Shown here: piece by piece, positions 18,386 through 26,755 of the stretch | Layout: every line of letters begins with the position of its first letter | How positions within the stretch are numbered: position 1 is the stretch's first letter | The notes under the pieces: model-generated | The model's database searches: none | Seen by the model: the letters and a program-made list of their open reading frames with translations, nothing else | What the model was told of the DNA's origin: nothing | Program-made: the position numbers and the translations under genes | Assembly: GCA_002305205.1 (NCBI GenBank) | Contig: DBQJ01000021.1 | Span: 6,448 to 64,438 of the forward strand | From: a candidate division WWE3 bacterium UBA1397 | GTDB lineage: Bacteria > Patescibacteriota > WWE3 > UBA101185 > UBA10185 | Reading direction: 5' to 3' | DNA: 57,991 bases

Positions 18386-19435
18386 CTAAGCTTGAGAGCC
18401 AGAAGAGTTTATCGGGGCTTTCCACTCAGGGTCTCCACTAATTAACGAAAAACTATTATCTTCAATTATTTTTATTTGGGGGTTCCCCGAGTCGTTTAGA
18501 AGTGCAGTTTTTCTAATATATAGTTCCCATATCAAGTTACTAAGTTTATTTATATCTGTTTCTGTTAGTTTGTTTTCTCCTTCAGTGGAGAAGTAACTTG
18601 TTAAATCACAAATGAATCCAGAGCTACATAAGGTAGAATCTTTTAAGTCATCAATCCCTATCAGTCTTCCGTGAGATAAAGTCTTAGTGGGGTCTGTAAA
18701 AATAGTGAAAGAATCATAAGTTAAGTTTGGATATGTAATCTTCTTTCTGTTGAGGATTTTCTTGGCAATATTTTCTGATAACTCAAGTTCATTTAGAGAT
18801 GTAGCATAAATATCATAGTTATACTGTCGTAAAAAGGTTAGGCTAGCTTCATTTTTTGCAGGAAATATGGACTTTGCATCTTTAAGTAGCTTTTCTACTG
18901 CTTTAGTTATTAAGTAACCTGGTTTAGAAAACTTACGACCTTGATTATCCGATAAAGCCATTTGGGGGTCTATTGGTCCCAACTCTGCATTGTCGCATAA
19001 GATTATTTTATCTGCTCCTAATGAAACCATAGTTGCAGCACTTTTAGCTAACCTAGGTACTATTACTCTAAACTCTTTTATGTCGTTTCTAGATACATAA
19101 GTTTGGCAAACATTAATTATTCTTTCTGCTGAGGTTGCGTATCCACCACCACTATTTAATATTAGGTCTAATCCATGCAGGTTTGAAGGTGTCCTCAGTA
19201 TATCTTCTATCATTACGGAATCATCATCGTTTATAAAAGAAAACGGAGAACCGTTAGCTGTTGAAGCAAAGTATGTTATGGTCCTTCTTTTAGTTAGAGT
19301 TTCGATATCTTTTATTATTTGGGTACATTTTTTTATGGATGAATCGTAGCTTTTTTGCGTCTGCAACTCTTGCATTAAAGACATTTGTACAGGTAATTGT
19401 TTATTCTGTTGTGGCTGGTTATCGGTGGGTGGCAT
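18386..19435 (-). CDS. SDH-family Clp-fold serine protease
   Basis: ITYFAS...GLDLILNSGGGYATSAERII...VIVPRLAKSAATMVSLGADKIILCDNAELGPIDPQ matches the serine dehydrogenase proteinase / ClpP-class consensus. Confidence 0.7.
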   Translation of the reverse strand: MPPTDNQPQQNKQLPVQMSLMQELQTQKSYDSSIKKCTQIIKDIETLTKRRTITYFASTANGSPFSFINDDDSVMIEDILRTPSNLHGLDLILNSGGGYATSAERIINVCQTYVSRNDIKEFRVIVPRLAKSAATMVSLGADKIILCDNAELGPIDPQMALSDNQGRKFSKPGYLITKAVEKLLKDAKSIFPAKNEASLTFLRQYNYDIYATSLNELELSENIAKKILNRKKITYPNLTYDSFTIFTDPTKTLSHGRLIGIDDLKDSTLCSSGFICDLTSYFSTEGENKLTETDINKLSNLIWELYIRKTALLNDSGNPQIKIIEDNSFSLISGDPEWKAPINSSGSQA

Positions 19436-19505
19436 AACAGGCTCATTATAACTCTTTATTTCAGAACTTATAAGCCTTATCGATGCTGCTATAAGACATT
19501 AGTAG

Positions 19506-19697
19506 CTATTTGTTTCTAACTTTTTTAATTACTGTTGCCACGATTTCGATTACAAACGCAACAAAAAACAAAAGTGTAATCAATCCTAATGGGAAAAACT
19601 CGGGAAAAATATTGGATATGGTAGCACTAACTAACCATCCGATAAGAAAAACCAACCATCCAAGCTTTTTATTTGTTGGTATTGAAAAATAGCTCAT
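19506..19697 (-). CDS. small two-TM membrane protein
   Basis: 63-aa hydrophobic ORF, in an operon with the flanking minus-strand genes. Confidence 0.45.
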   Translation of the reverse strand: MSYFSIPTNKKLGWLVFLIGWLVSATISNIFPEFFPLGLITLLFFVAFVIEIVATVIKKVRNK

Positions 19698-19706
19698 ATA
19701 ACCCTC

Positions 19707-20168
19707 CTAGTAAAAATATTTATTATCTTCAAAGTATTTCTTATACTCTGTTCTTATATTTTCTAGTCTTACTGTAGCTACATTTGTATTTTGACCAAAT
19801 CCTCTAAGTTCGTACTCTCCTGTAGCTAGTTTATAAATCAAAGCGGTAAACATTTTGTCTGGTTTATTCACAAATATGATTTCAAGTTGTTTTCCTCCTG
19901 CTAAAGAGTTGTTTTCTTCGTATACAATAAAAGGACTTTCATAATAACTATTATCATAATCGCTTAAACCATTAGAAGTTTTACTACTTGATGTTTTTAG
20001 GTATTCATTTAATCGCTCTCTTAAGAACATTGCTTCTGCATTGTTAAAATAAGGGCTTTCATTTGTTGTTATCTGTGAAGGAGTTGGGTTCTTTGTATTA
20101 CTAAGTAAAAGTAATCCGCTAAGAGCCGTAATGCCTATAATTAAGGGTATTATGATTTTCTTTTTCAT
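19707..20168 (-). CDS. secreted/anchored hypothetical protein
   Basis: 153 aa with an N-terminal signal/anchor (MKKKIIIPLIIGITALSGLLLL). Only 4 nt from the upstream gene. Confidence 0.55.
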   Translation of the reverse strand: MKKKIIIPLIIGITALSGLLLLSNTKNPTPSQITTNESPYFNNAEAMFLRERLNEYLKTSSSKTSNGLSDYDNSYYESPFIVYEENNSLAGGKQLEIIFVNKPDKMFTALIYKLATGEYELRGFGQNTNVATVRLENIRTEYKKYFEDNKYFY

Positions 20169-20171
20169 CTT

Positions 20172-20696
20172 TCAGTCTTTTCTACCAATTATGTACAACA
20201 TTAGCATTAAAATCCCATATCCAATCAAAATGATGGTACCGAATATTTGAAACTTATCTAAGAGGATTAAAAAGATGACAATAGGTATAAAAATGATTCC
20301 TATACCTAGGGTAATATGAAGAAGCGTTTTCCAAAAACTTTTTGTGCTAATAAGTGCCGACATTTTACCGATACTTGTTATGCTGACTTCGTGCGTTTCT
20401 TTAAGATAACTTTTATTGTTATTGAAAATACTTTCCCAATTATTTTTAGTACCCGTTTCTTTCCATAAATAATAAACTCCATAGAGTAATAAAAAGACGA
20501 CAACAAAGCTTCCACCTTCTAAAATCTGCCCTACTCCTTGTACTTCTAGCGTTTCATTTTCATGGTTATATCCCCACCCGAATGATTCTCCTAACCAATA
20601 TCTAATCTGATAAAAACCTGAAAACAAATAAATAATCAGTACAAGCCAAAATATCCATTTTATTAATCTTTCACCTAAACTATCTTTTCGCGGCAT
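20172..20696 (-). CDS. integral membrane protein (4 TM), first gene of the element B minus-strand operon
   Basis: 174-aa ORF. Its start codon directly abuts the structured leader. Confidence 0.6.
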   Translation of the reverse strand: MPRKDSLGERLIKWIFWLVLIIYLFSGFYQIRYWLGESFGWGYNHENETLEVQGVGQILEGGSFVVVFLLLYGVYYLWKETGTKNNWESIFNNNKSYLKETHEVSITSIGKMSALISTKSFWKTLLHITLGIGIIFIPIVIFLILLDKFQIFGTIILIGYGILMLMLYIIGRKD

Positions 20697-20806
20697 AAAA
20701 AAGGGACCACTTCCTTGTCCCTAGCCGCGAAGCATTGAGTCCAGAGGGAAGTAGCCCCTTTTCGGACTCAACGCTTTTTAAGCGTATACTTTTTTCGCGG
20801 CTAGGT
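20697..20806 (-). ncRNA. structured 5' leader, copy 1 (candidate cis-regulatory RNA, unassigned class)
   Basis: On the minus-strand RNA: P1 CCUAGCCGCGAA/UUCGCGGCUAGG; P2 GCGUUGAGUCC/GGACUCAAUGC. The loop AAAAGGGGCUACUUCC pairs with GGAAGUGGUCCCUUUU directly before the AUG. The G-U pairs exist only on the minus-strand reading. Confidence 0.55.
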
Positions 20807-21152
20807 TGTAATGAGCCCATTATCTCACTATAAGCATTTTCTGACTATATTTTTTCTATAAAGGGAAAGCGTATAAACTACACGTAGCGATTGAGATTAT
20901 TTCAATAGGTTTGTATTAATATAACTGTTATTATTCCTTGTAGTTAAGGGATAGGTATTAAAATACATTAAAAATAAAAAAATGCTTTATAAAGGGTATA
21001 GATTACATACTCTTTAACCTATATATCCTATTATTTACACCTATTATTTTCCATCAAAGGTGTGATGCTATGACCCGATTAAGACCAACGGGGGTGTGTA
21101 AACTTGAGCTACCCGTACCCTATATAACCTGAAATAGTATAATTGCCTTATT

Positions 21153-21929
21153 ATGACGATGAATATTAAGCTTTCCCCAAAGGTTTCCTTCAATGAAGTT
21201 GATGACCATGACCGCATGTTTTGTTTACTCCTTGCATTTCATTCTAGCTTTCAAAAGGATATAAACGATGCTAGAAAAGTACTCAATATTAAACAAATAG
21301 TAGATTACCCTAAAGACGCAACAATGTCTGATTTAATAAGGTTGTTTTCCCGAACAGTTAAAGGCTCCTCACTTGATAAAGTTACTGAGTCCCTAATGAG
21401 AAAATACGAACTCACAGATAATTGGAAATATTCAATAAAATCAGCTCTTGTTACAAACACCTTATTAGTTCCCGAGGATATCGAACCAATGTTTATCTCT
21501 TTACCTAGCCGTACTAAACCCCTTATATTAGAGATTTTAGAGACAGATGACCCGAAGTTGAAAGAATACCTTATTACTAAAAGATTGTTTGAGGCATATA
21601 AATACCCTTCTATTGAGATTAGAAGGCAAGTCTCTATTAATGAGATAAAAACTTGGTTAACTAAGCATAAAGATGTTTTCGACCTTTTACAGATGGAAGT
21701 GCCTCGAAAGAACACAGTGAGTATAGAGGAAAAAACATTTTATTGGGGAACTATGGTTGCTCTTAATACGCATGAAGGTAAGAAACCCGAATATACTAAA
21801 CTATGTACTATGTTTAACGATGCCTTTGACCCTCAAGAGATTCCTTTTGAAGTACCAGATGAGGCCGCGTTAAGAACACATTACATGACTTATCTTAAAT
21901 CCTTAAAAAATCGCGGTATGCCCGCATAA
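21153..21929 (+). CDS. hypothetical protein (element B)
   Basis: 258-aa ORF. No motif recognised. Confidence 0.5.
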   Translation: MTMNIKLSPKVSFNEVDDHDRMFCLLLAFHSSFQKDINDARKVLNIKQIVDYPKDATMSDLIRLFSRTVKGSSLDKVTESLMRKYELTDNWKYSIKSALVTNTLLVPEDIEPMFISLPSRTKPLILEILETDDPKLKEYLITKRLFEAYKYPSIEIRRQVSINEIKTWLTKHKDVFDLLQMEVPRKNTVSIEEKTFYWGTMVALNTHEGKKPEYTKLCTMFNDAFDPQEIPFEVPDEAALRTHYMTYLKSLKNRGMPA

Positions 21930-21988
21930 ATACCTGTTCGTTAACTAGGTCTTTTATCAAAGTATTAATCACGATTTAGATTAAGCTT

Positions 21989-22252
21989 ATGATTTATGAA
22001 AATAAACATAAGCCTGAAAATGAGAACAATTATTACAACACCTCTGATTTATATCTTGTTGCAACCTTAACTCTTTGGTATCCCATTGAGAGTCTAGACA
22101 AAACAAATCCCGAAAAAACCGTTTTCAACTTTCTTTTTACCGAAGATTTCCAAAAAACTTTAGATAAATATTGGCGTAATGAACTTTTAGTTGAACCTAA
22201 AGCATTACTTAATAACCTCAAAGTAATCAAAACTAGGTTATATGAGGAGTAA
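21989..22252 (+). CDS. small conserved element protein (DUF5659-like), paralog of 14411-14674
   Basis: 87 aa: DLYLVATLTLWYPIESLDKTNPEKTVFNF...DKYWRNELLVEPKALLNNLKVIKTRL. Confidence 0.5.
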   Translation: MIYENKHKPENENNYYNTSDLYLVATLTLWYPIESLDKTNPEKTVFNFLFTEDFQKTLDKYWRNELLVEPKALLNNLKVIKTRLYEE

Positions 22253-22254
22253 GC

Positions 22255-22404
22255 ATGCTTTCGGAAAGTTTATTACTTGAACTTACTCAGTTATTCAAAG
22301 AGGAGTTCAGTATTGAACTAACAAAAGAGGATACAAAGGATTTAGCAGATTTTTTGTTGAGTTATTTCTCGTTGCTGCTAGGTATAGGTGAAGGATATGA
22401 ATAA
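22255..22404 (+). CDS. micro-ORF (49 aa), element B counterpart of the conserved micro-ORF
   Basis: Hand translation MLSESLLLELTQLFKEEFSIELTKEDTKDLADFLLSYFSLLLGIGEGYE. Same position (directly after the DUF5659-like gene) as in element A. Confidence 0.35.
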   Translation: MLSESLLLELTQLFKEEFSIELTKEDTKDLADFLLSYFSLLLGIGEGYE

Positions 22405-22615
22405 CGATAAACGACTTGATATCAATAGACTTTGTTATTTCGTGGACCTTTACTGTAAAAAAGTTGATTTAGGTTCGAAGTATTTTATGTTGCGAGTAGA
22501 AGCTCTTAGAAAAGGTGACAAAGAAAAAGTTGAATACATAGAAAACATGTTACTAAAACCTGCTGATATTCAAGCCGAATATGCAGCAAAGAAGATTTTG
22601 CAAGTATTAAGTTAA
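22397..22615 (+). CDS. hypothetical small protein
   Basis: 72 aa from ATG 22397 (the track starts at GTG 22388). Confidence 0.4.
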   Translation: MNNDKRLDINRLCYFVDLYCKKVDLGSKYFMLRVEALRKGDKEKVEYIENMLLKPADIQAEYAAKKILQVLS

Positions 22616-22629
22616 CAGGAAATATTTTT

Positions 22630-23994
22630 ATGAAAAATGTAGATGAAGAAATATATGAAGAAATATATGAAGATGAAAATCTAGATAGTTTCCCAATAGA
22701 TACATCAATATTTAAGCCCATGGGTGCTAGTGACATTATCCGTATTTTGGAACCCACAATTAAACAAGATAATACTAATAAGTTTTTGGTGTTTGCTGCG
22801 ATGCTAAATGCATACACAGAAGAAAATCAGATGAATATTGCTTTTATTGCTCCCTCTAGCTCGGGTAAGAGTCATATACCCCATGAGGTATCCATGTTAT
22901 TTCCGAAAGAAGACATCATAATGCTGGGGTCTGCCTCCCCAACAGCCTTTTATCATGACATGGGTGCTTATGATAAAGAAACTAATACACTAACAGTTGA
23001 TTTGGAAAGAAAAATAGTTATCTTTTTAGACCAACCGAACACTGCATTATTGGAGAGGTTAAGAGCACTCTTGTCTCATGATGAAAAGGAAGTAAAAAAC
23101 AAAATAACCGATAAAAGTGAGAAAAAAGGTATGAGAACTAAGAATGTTATTTTGCGTGGGTTCTCAACATTCGTGTTCTGTACTGCGGGTCTAAAAGTAG
23201 ATGAGCAGGAAAGTACAAGGTTTTTACTTTTAAGTCCTGAAATAAATCAAGAAAAAATCCGTGAAGCTGTATTGCAAAGGATTCGCAAGGGTTCCGACTC
23301 TGAAAGCTTTTATAAGATATTAAACTCCGACCCAGAAAGGAAGTTACTTAAACAAAGAATATTAGCCATAAAACAAGCTCACATTATAGATATAAAAATA
23401 CATAATCCAAATCTGGTTGAGGAGATGTTTTTTCAAAGGCAAAAGAAGTTAAAACCCCGTGACCAGAGAGATATTGCGAAGATTATGAACATAATAAAAT
23501 CGTTTGCATTGATTAATTATTGGTTTAGGGAAAAGGATGGTTTAAGCATAGTAGCTAATGACGAAGATATCAAAAATGCATTTGAAATATGGGATTCTTT
23601 ATCAGATGCTCAATCTTTAGGGTTACCTCCTTATATTTACGATTTATATAATGATGTGATTGTTGCTGAGTTTCATAAGGTTAACGATAAGAATATTGGT
23701 GTTCCAGTAGGCTTAACACGCGGCAGAATCTCATCTACCCATTATGAAGTATATGGTCGATATATTGCTGATTGGCAATTACGCCAAATAATAACCATGT
23801 TAGAAACAGCTGGTCTTATTTATCAGGAGGCTGACGAAATAGATAAAAGGAAAATGTTAGTCTATCCAACTTTTGCCAAAAAGGAGTCCCGTTCAAATAA
23901 TAGTGAGGTGATAGGTGGGGTTCTAGCAGATTTAGACAATCCTGAGGGTTTACTTGATATTTTCGATGGAAATCTCCCCGATTTAGATATATAA
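22630..23994 (+). CDS. P-loop NTPase, putative replication helicase/primase-type protein
   Basis: Walker A APSSSGKS, candidate Walker B VIFLDQP, and a C-terminal winged-helix-like region. Its position just upstream of the recombinase is as in integrative plasmids. Confidence 0.5.
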   Translation: MKNVDEEIYEEIYEDENLDSFPIDTSIFKPMGASDIIRILEPTIKQDNTNKFLVFAAMLNAYTEENQMNIAFIAPSSSGKSHIPHEVSMLFPKEDIIMLGSASPTAFYHDMGAYDKETNTLTVDLERKIVIFLDQPNTALLERLRALLSHDEKEVKNKITDKSEKKGMRTKNVILRGFSTFVFCTAGLKVDEQESTRFLLLSPEINQEKIREAVLQRIRKGSDSESFYKILNSDPERKLLKQRILAIKQAHIIDIKIHNPNLVEEMFFQRQKKLKPRDQRDIAKIMNIIKSFALINYWFREKDGLSIVANDEDIKNAFEIWDSLSDAQSLGLPPYIYDLYNDVIVAEFHKVNDKNIGVPVGLTRGRISSTHYEVYGRYIADWQLRQIITMLETAGLIYQEADEIDKRKMLVYPTFAKKESRSNNSEVIGGVLADLDNPEGLLDIFDGNLPDLDI

Positions 23995-24087
23995 TTACTG
24001 TGCGTTCAGGAATACTATTGGATTTTTTTATGCCTCCATTGGTACAGAACCCAATAGTTCTGAACGCGACCAGTGGGGGCATATTTT

Positions 24088-25701
24088 ATGAAAAAAGCAT
24101 TAATATTTTGTAGAGTAAGTTCAAAGGAACAAGAAGAAACGGGCTACTCTTTACCTGCCCAGAAAAAACTTCTTGAAGATTACTCAATCCAACACGACTA
24201 TATAGTTGCCAAAGTATTTTCCATATCAGAATCCGCTAGCGGTGAAAAACAAAGAAAAATATTTAATGAGATGTTAGCTTACCTCGAGAAGAATCACATA
24301 GATATTTTAGTAGTTGAAAAAACTGACCGTCTTACAAGAAATCATCGGGATGCTGTTGAAGTAGATAAATGGATAAATAAGGATTCAAATAGACAAGTTC
24401 ATTTTGTTAAAGAAAACTTTGTTCTACATAAGGACTCAAAATCTAATGAAAAGTTTATATGGAACATTAAGGTTTCAGTTGCTCAATATTACATTGATAA
24501 CTTGAGTGAGGAAGTTAAAAAGGGACAGAAAGAAAAGCTTTCACAAGGTTGGCTACCTACAAAACCGCCCATAGGATACAAAACAATTGGTGAAAAAGGA
24601 CATCGTATACATGTAGTTGATGAAATCACAAAACCATTAGCAATCAAAATGTTCAAATACTATGTTTCAGGTAATTATTCTTTAGAGAGACTCGCCACTA
24701 AGTTATATGAGGAGGGTTTGAGGTCCGTTAATGGTAAGAAGGTTCCTAAAAGTAGAATCCATGAATATTTATCCGACCCATTTTACATTGGTATGAATAG
24801 GTGGAACGGTAAGCAAAGTAATGGTAATCAAGAAACATTTATAGATAAGGATATATTCAACAAAGTCCAGTTACTGCTAAAAGGCAAAACAACACCAAAG
24901 GTTAATAAACATGATTTTCCATTTAAGGGACAGGTAAAATGTGCTGAGTGTAAAGGTTTAGTAACTTGGGAAATCCAAAAAGGTACTAATTATGGTCATT
25001 GTAACCATTACAGACCATGTTCACAACTAAAGTGGGTAAAAGAAAAGAACTTGGAAAATCAAGTAAAGCCATCTATAGCAGCTCTTAAGGTGAAAAATGA
25101 ACGGTTGCTGGATTGGATACGTAGGGCATTAAAAGAAACCCATTACGAGGAATCACGACAATATGAGAATGTATCCAAAAGCCTCCAGGAAAGAGACGAA
25201 CAGCTTAAAAAGAGATTAAGTGCTCTTTATATCGACAAACTAGATGGAAAGATAACTGAAGATTTCTATCAGGAAAAGTTTCAGGAGTTTACAGGCGAAA
25301 GAAACGAACTAGTAGAGCAAAGAAAGAAGCTCAATACTAAAGATAATAGCTTTTATGAGAAAACTACTGCTTTATACGATGTTGCTCAAAAAGGGATTGA
25401 TATATACGAAGCATCTAAAGAGTTTAGGAAACGCCGATTAATAAAACTTATTTTTACTGATATGACCCTTAATAACGGAATCCTTGATTTTGCATATACC
25501 AAGCCATATAGAATGTTACGCAGGGCTGTGGAAGAAACTAACGGTTCGAAAATAGCTGAAAACCCTACTTTTATGGAAAATATTTTCGAACTTAAGGATT
25601 TTGGCGATGTTAAAGCAAAAATGGAGTCTTTAGGCGTTGATTGTTCTAATTGGCTCCCCATTGTTGTATTTATCCGAAGTTTGATACCTGTATTGGTATA
25701 A
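24088..25701 (+). CDS. large serine recombinase (element B)
   Basis: ALIFCRVSSKEQ (catalytic Ser), EKTDRLTRN, recombinase domain, zinc ribbon CAECKG...CNHY..C, and coiled coil. The ORF crosses the core at 25649. Confidence 0.9.
   Translation: MKKALIFCRVSSKEQEETGYSLPAQKKLLEDYSIQHDYIVAKVFSISESASGEKQRKIFNEMLAYLEKNHIDILVVEKTDRLTRNHRDAVEVDKWINKDSNRQVHFVKENFVLHKDSKSNEKFIWNIKVSVAQYYIDNLSEEVKKGQKEKLSQGWLPTKPPIGYKTIGEKGHRIHVVDEITKPLAIKMFKYYVSGNYSLERLATKLYEEGLRSVNGKKVPKSRIHEYLSDPFYIGMNRWNGKQSNGNQETFIDKDIFNKVQLLLKGKTTPKVNKHDFPFKGQVKCAECKGLVTWEIQKGTNYGHCNHYRPCSQLKWVKEKNLENQVKPSIAALKVKNERLLDWIRRALKETHYEESRQYENVSKSLQERDEQLKKRLSALYIDKLDGKITEDFYQEKFQEFTGERNELVEQRKKLNTKDNSFYEKTTALYDVAQKGIDIYEASKEFRKRRLIKLIFTDMTLNNGILDFAYTKPYRMLRRAVEETNGSKIAENPTFMENIFELKDFGDVKAKMESLGVDCSNWLPIVVFIRSLIPVLV
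25649..25696 (+). repeat. 48-bp direct repeat copy 2 (core + P' arm), inside the 3' end of the element B recombinase gene
   Basis: attggctccccattgttgtatttatccgaagtttgatacctgtattgg. See copy 1. Confidence 0.85.
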
Positions 25702-25741
25702 AAACCAACAAAAAATCACTATTTACTTATCCACGAGCCTT

Positions 25742-25760
25742 ATATTCAATATATGAATAT
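25742..25760. promoter_or_regulatory. candidate ArsR operator palindrome
   Basis: ATATTCA-atata-TGAATAT: 7-bp perfect inverted arms overlapping the arsR start codon. Confidence 0.4.
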
Positions 25761-26061
25761 GAGTTCATATAACTGTTGTAAGCCAGACGAACATACTTAT
25801 AGACAGGTAACTACTATATCCTCACTTCTAAAACTTGTTGGAGAAGAAAGTAGATTGAAGATTCTCTGTATTTTGATGAAGGGTCAGCATTGTGTTTGTG
25901 AGATATTGGAACATCTTAAACTTTCCCAAAGCCTTGTATCCCATCATCTTCAGGACCTTAAAACAGCAAGTTTAATAGTGGATGAGAAAAAAGGTCAGTA
26001 TGTCTATTACTCATTAACGGAAGAAGGTAAAAGGGTTACAAAGTTAATTTTCCAATTATAA
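25753..26061 (+). CDS. arsR: ArsR/SmtB-family metalloregulator
   Basis: LKILCILMKGQHCVCEILEHLKLSQSLVSHHLQDLKTASLI is the classic ArsR HTH with a CVC site, plus an N-terminal CC pair. Confidence 0.85.
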   Translation: MNMSSYNCCKPDEHTYRQVTTISSLLKLVGEESRLKILCILMKGQHCVCEILEHLKLSQSLVSHHLQDLKTASLIVDEKKGQYVYYSLTEEGKRVTKLIFQL

Positions 26062-26063
26062 CT

Positions 26064-26753
26064 ATGAAAAACCTAACTATTGAATGGAAGCATTATGATA
26101 AGCAAGGAAAGACCTGCATACGATGTACCGATACTGGTAAATCTTTAAGGCAGTTATTTACCGAAATAGGTGATTTACCGGAGTTAAAAGATGTAAAGAT
26201 TAGTTTCATTGAAACGAAGTTATCGGAAAACCAAATGTCAGAGTCAAACAGCCTTCTACTAAATGGCGTGCCTATTGAAGATTTGATTGGAGCAACAATT
26301 TCTCATAACGCTTGTGACTCGTGTTCGGACCTTGCGGATAGCGACTGTTATTGTAGAGCAGTTACTGTAGAAAACATTACTTATGAAAGCATACCTGTTG
26401 AGCTGATTAAAAAAGCGGTCTTAAAAGTATTAAACGCTCCAGATTCTAATAAATTGAAAGGAGTAAATATGAACATTCAAGTATTGGGTTCCGGCTGTCC
26501 CACCTGTAAAAAGTTACACGAGATTACCAAACAAGCCGTTAAGGAGTTAAACCTTTCTGTAGAAGTAGATTACATAACCGATGTTACAAAGATAATAGAA
26601 ATGGGTGTAATGAGTAGCCCCGTCCTTGCTGTTAATGGTAAACCGGTGATGGTAGGTTTTACCCCTGATATAGATAAGATTAAAGGGGCGATTTCAATGG
26701 GAATAATAAACAGTAATACTTCTGGTGGTTGTAGTTGCGGAGGAAATTGTTAA
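26064..26753 (+). CDS. DUF2703-like domain fused to a thioredoxin-fold redox-active disulfide protein (Thioredoxin_3 type), Cys-rich tail
   Basis: N-terminal half: IEWKHYDKQGKTCIRC...CDSC...CYCRAV.VE...YESIPVELI. C-terminal half: IQVLGSGCPTCKKL...GVMSSPVLAVNGKPV. Tail: GGCSCGGNC. Confidence 0.7.
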   Translation: MKNLTIEWKHYDKQGKTCIRCTDTGKSLRQLFTEIGDLPELKDVKISFIETKLSENQMSESNSLLLNGVPIEDLIGATISHNACDSCSDLADSDCYCRAVTVENITYESIPVELIKKAVLKVLNAPDSNKLKGVNMNIQVLGSGCPTCKKLHEITKQAVKELNLSVEVDYITDVTKIIEMGVMSSPVLAVNGKPVMVGFTPDIDKIKGAISMGIINSNTSGGCSCGGNC

Positions 26754-26755
26754 TT

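Larger units (their letters stand above)
17191..25659 (+). mobile_element. element B (HNH, SDH-protease operon, P-loop ATPase, distinct recombinase)
   Basis: Bounded by the cores at 17191 and 25649. Its recombinase is unrelated in sequence to those of A and C apart from the terminal NWL. Confidence 0.7.

Noticed and set aside
18199-18441. An 80-aa plus-strand ORF between the HNH gene and the protease gene.
   Set aside because: It overlaps the protease 3' end by 56 nt in convergent orientation, is low-complexity and polar, and has no motif. It cannot be excluded, but it is not supported well enough to annotate.
22645-22668. A tandem 12-bp repeat (gaagaaatatat x2), checked as a possible CRISPR or satellite repeat.
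   Set aside because: There are only two units, in frame, encoding EEIYEEIY at the N-terminus of the P-loop protein. It has no spacer/repeat architecture. No CRISPR-like array was seen anywhere in the window.
10306-25696. The 48-bp direct repeat (10306-10353 / 25649-25696) could be read as the att duplication of a single 15.4-kb tyrosine-integrase-style element.
   Set aside because: No tyrosine integrase is present in the interval. The repeat starts exactly at the NWL core shared with two further junctions (17191, 33853), and the second copy lies inside a serine recombinase ORF. The tandem-array model explains all four junctions, and the repeat is then simply the similar P' arms of the two paralogous elements A and C.
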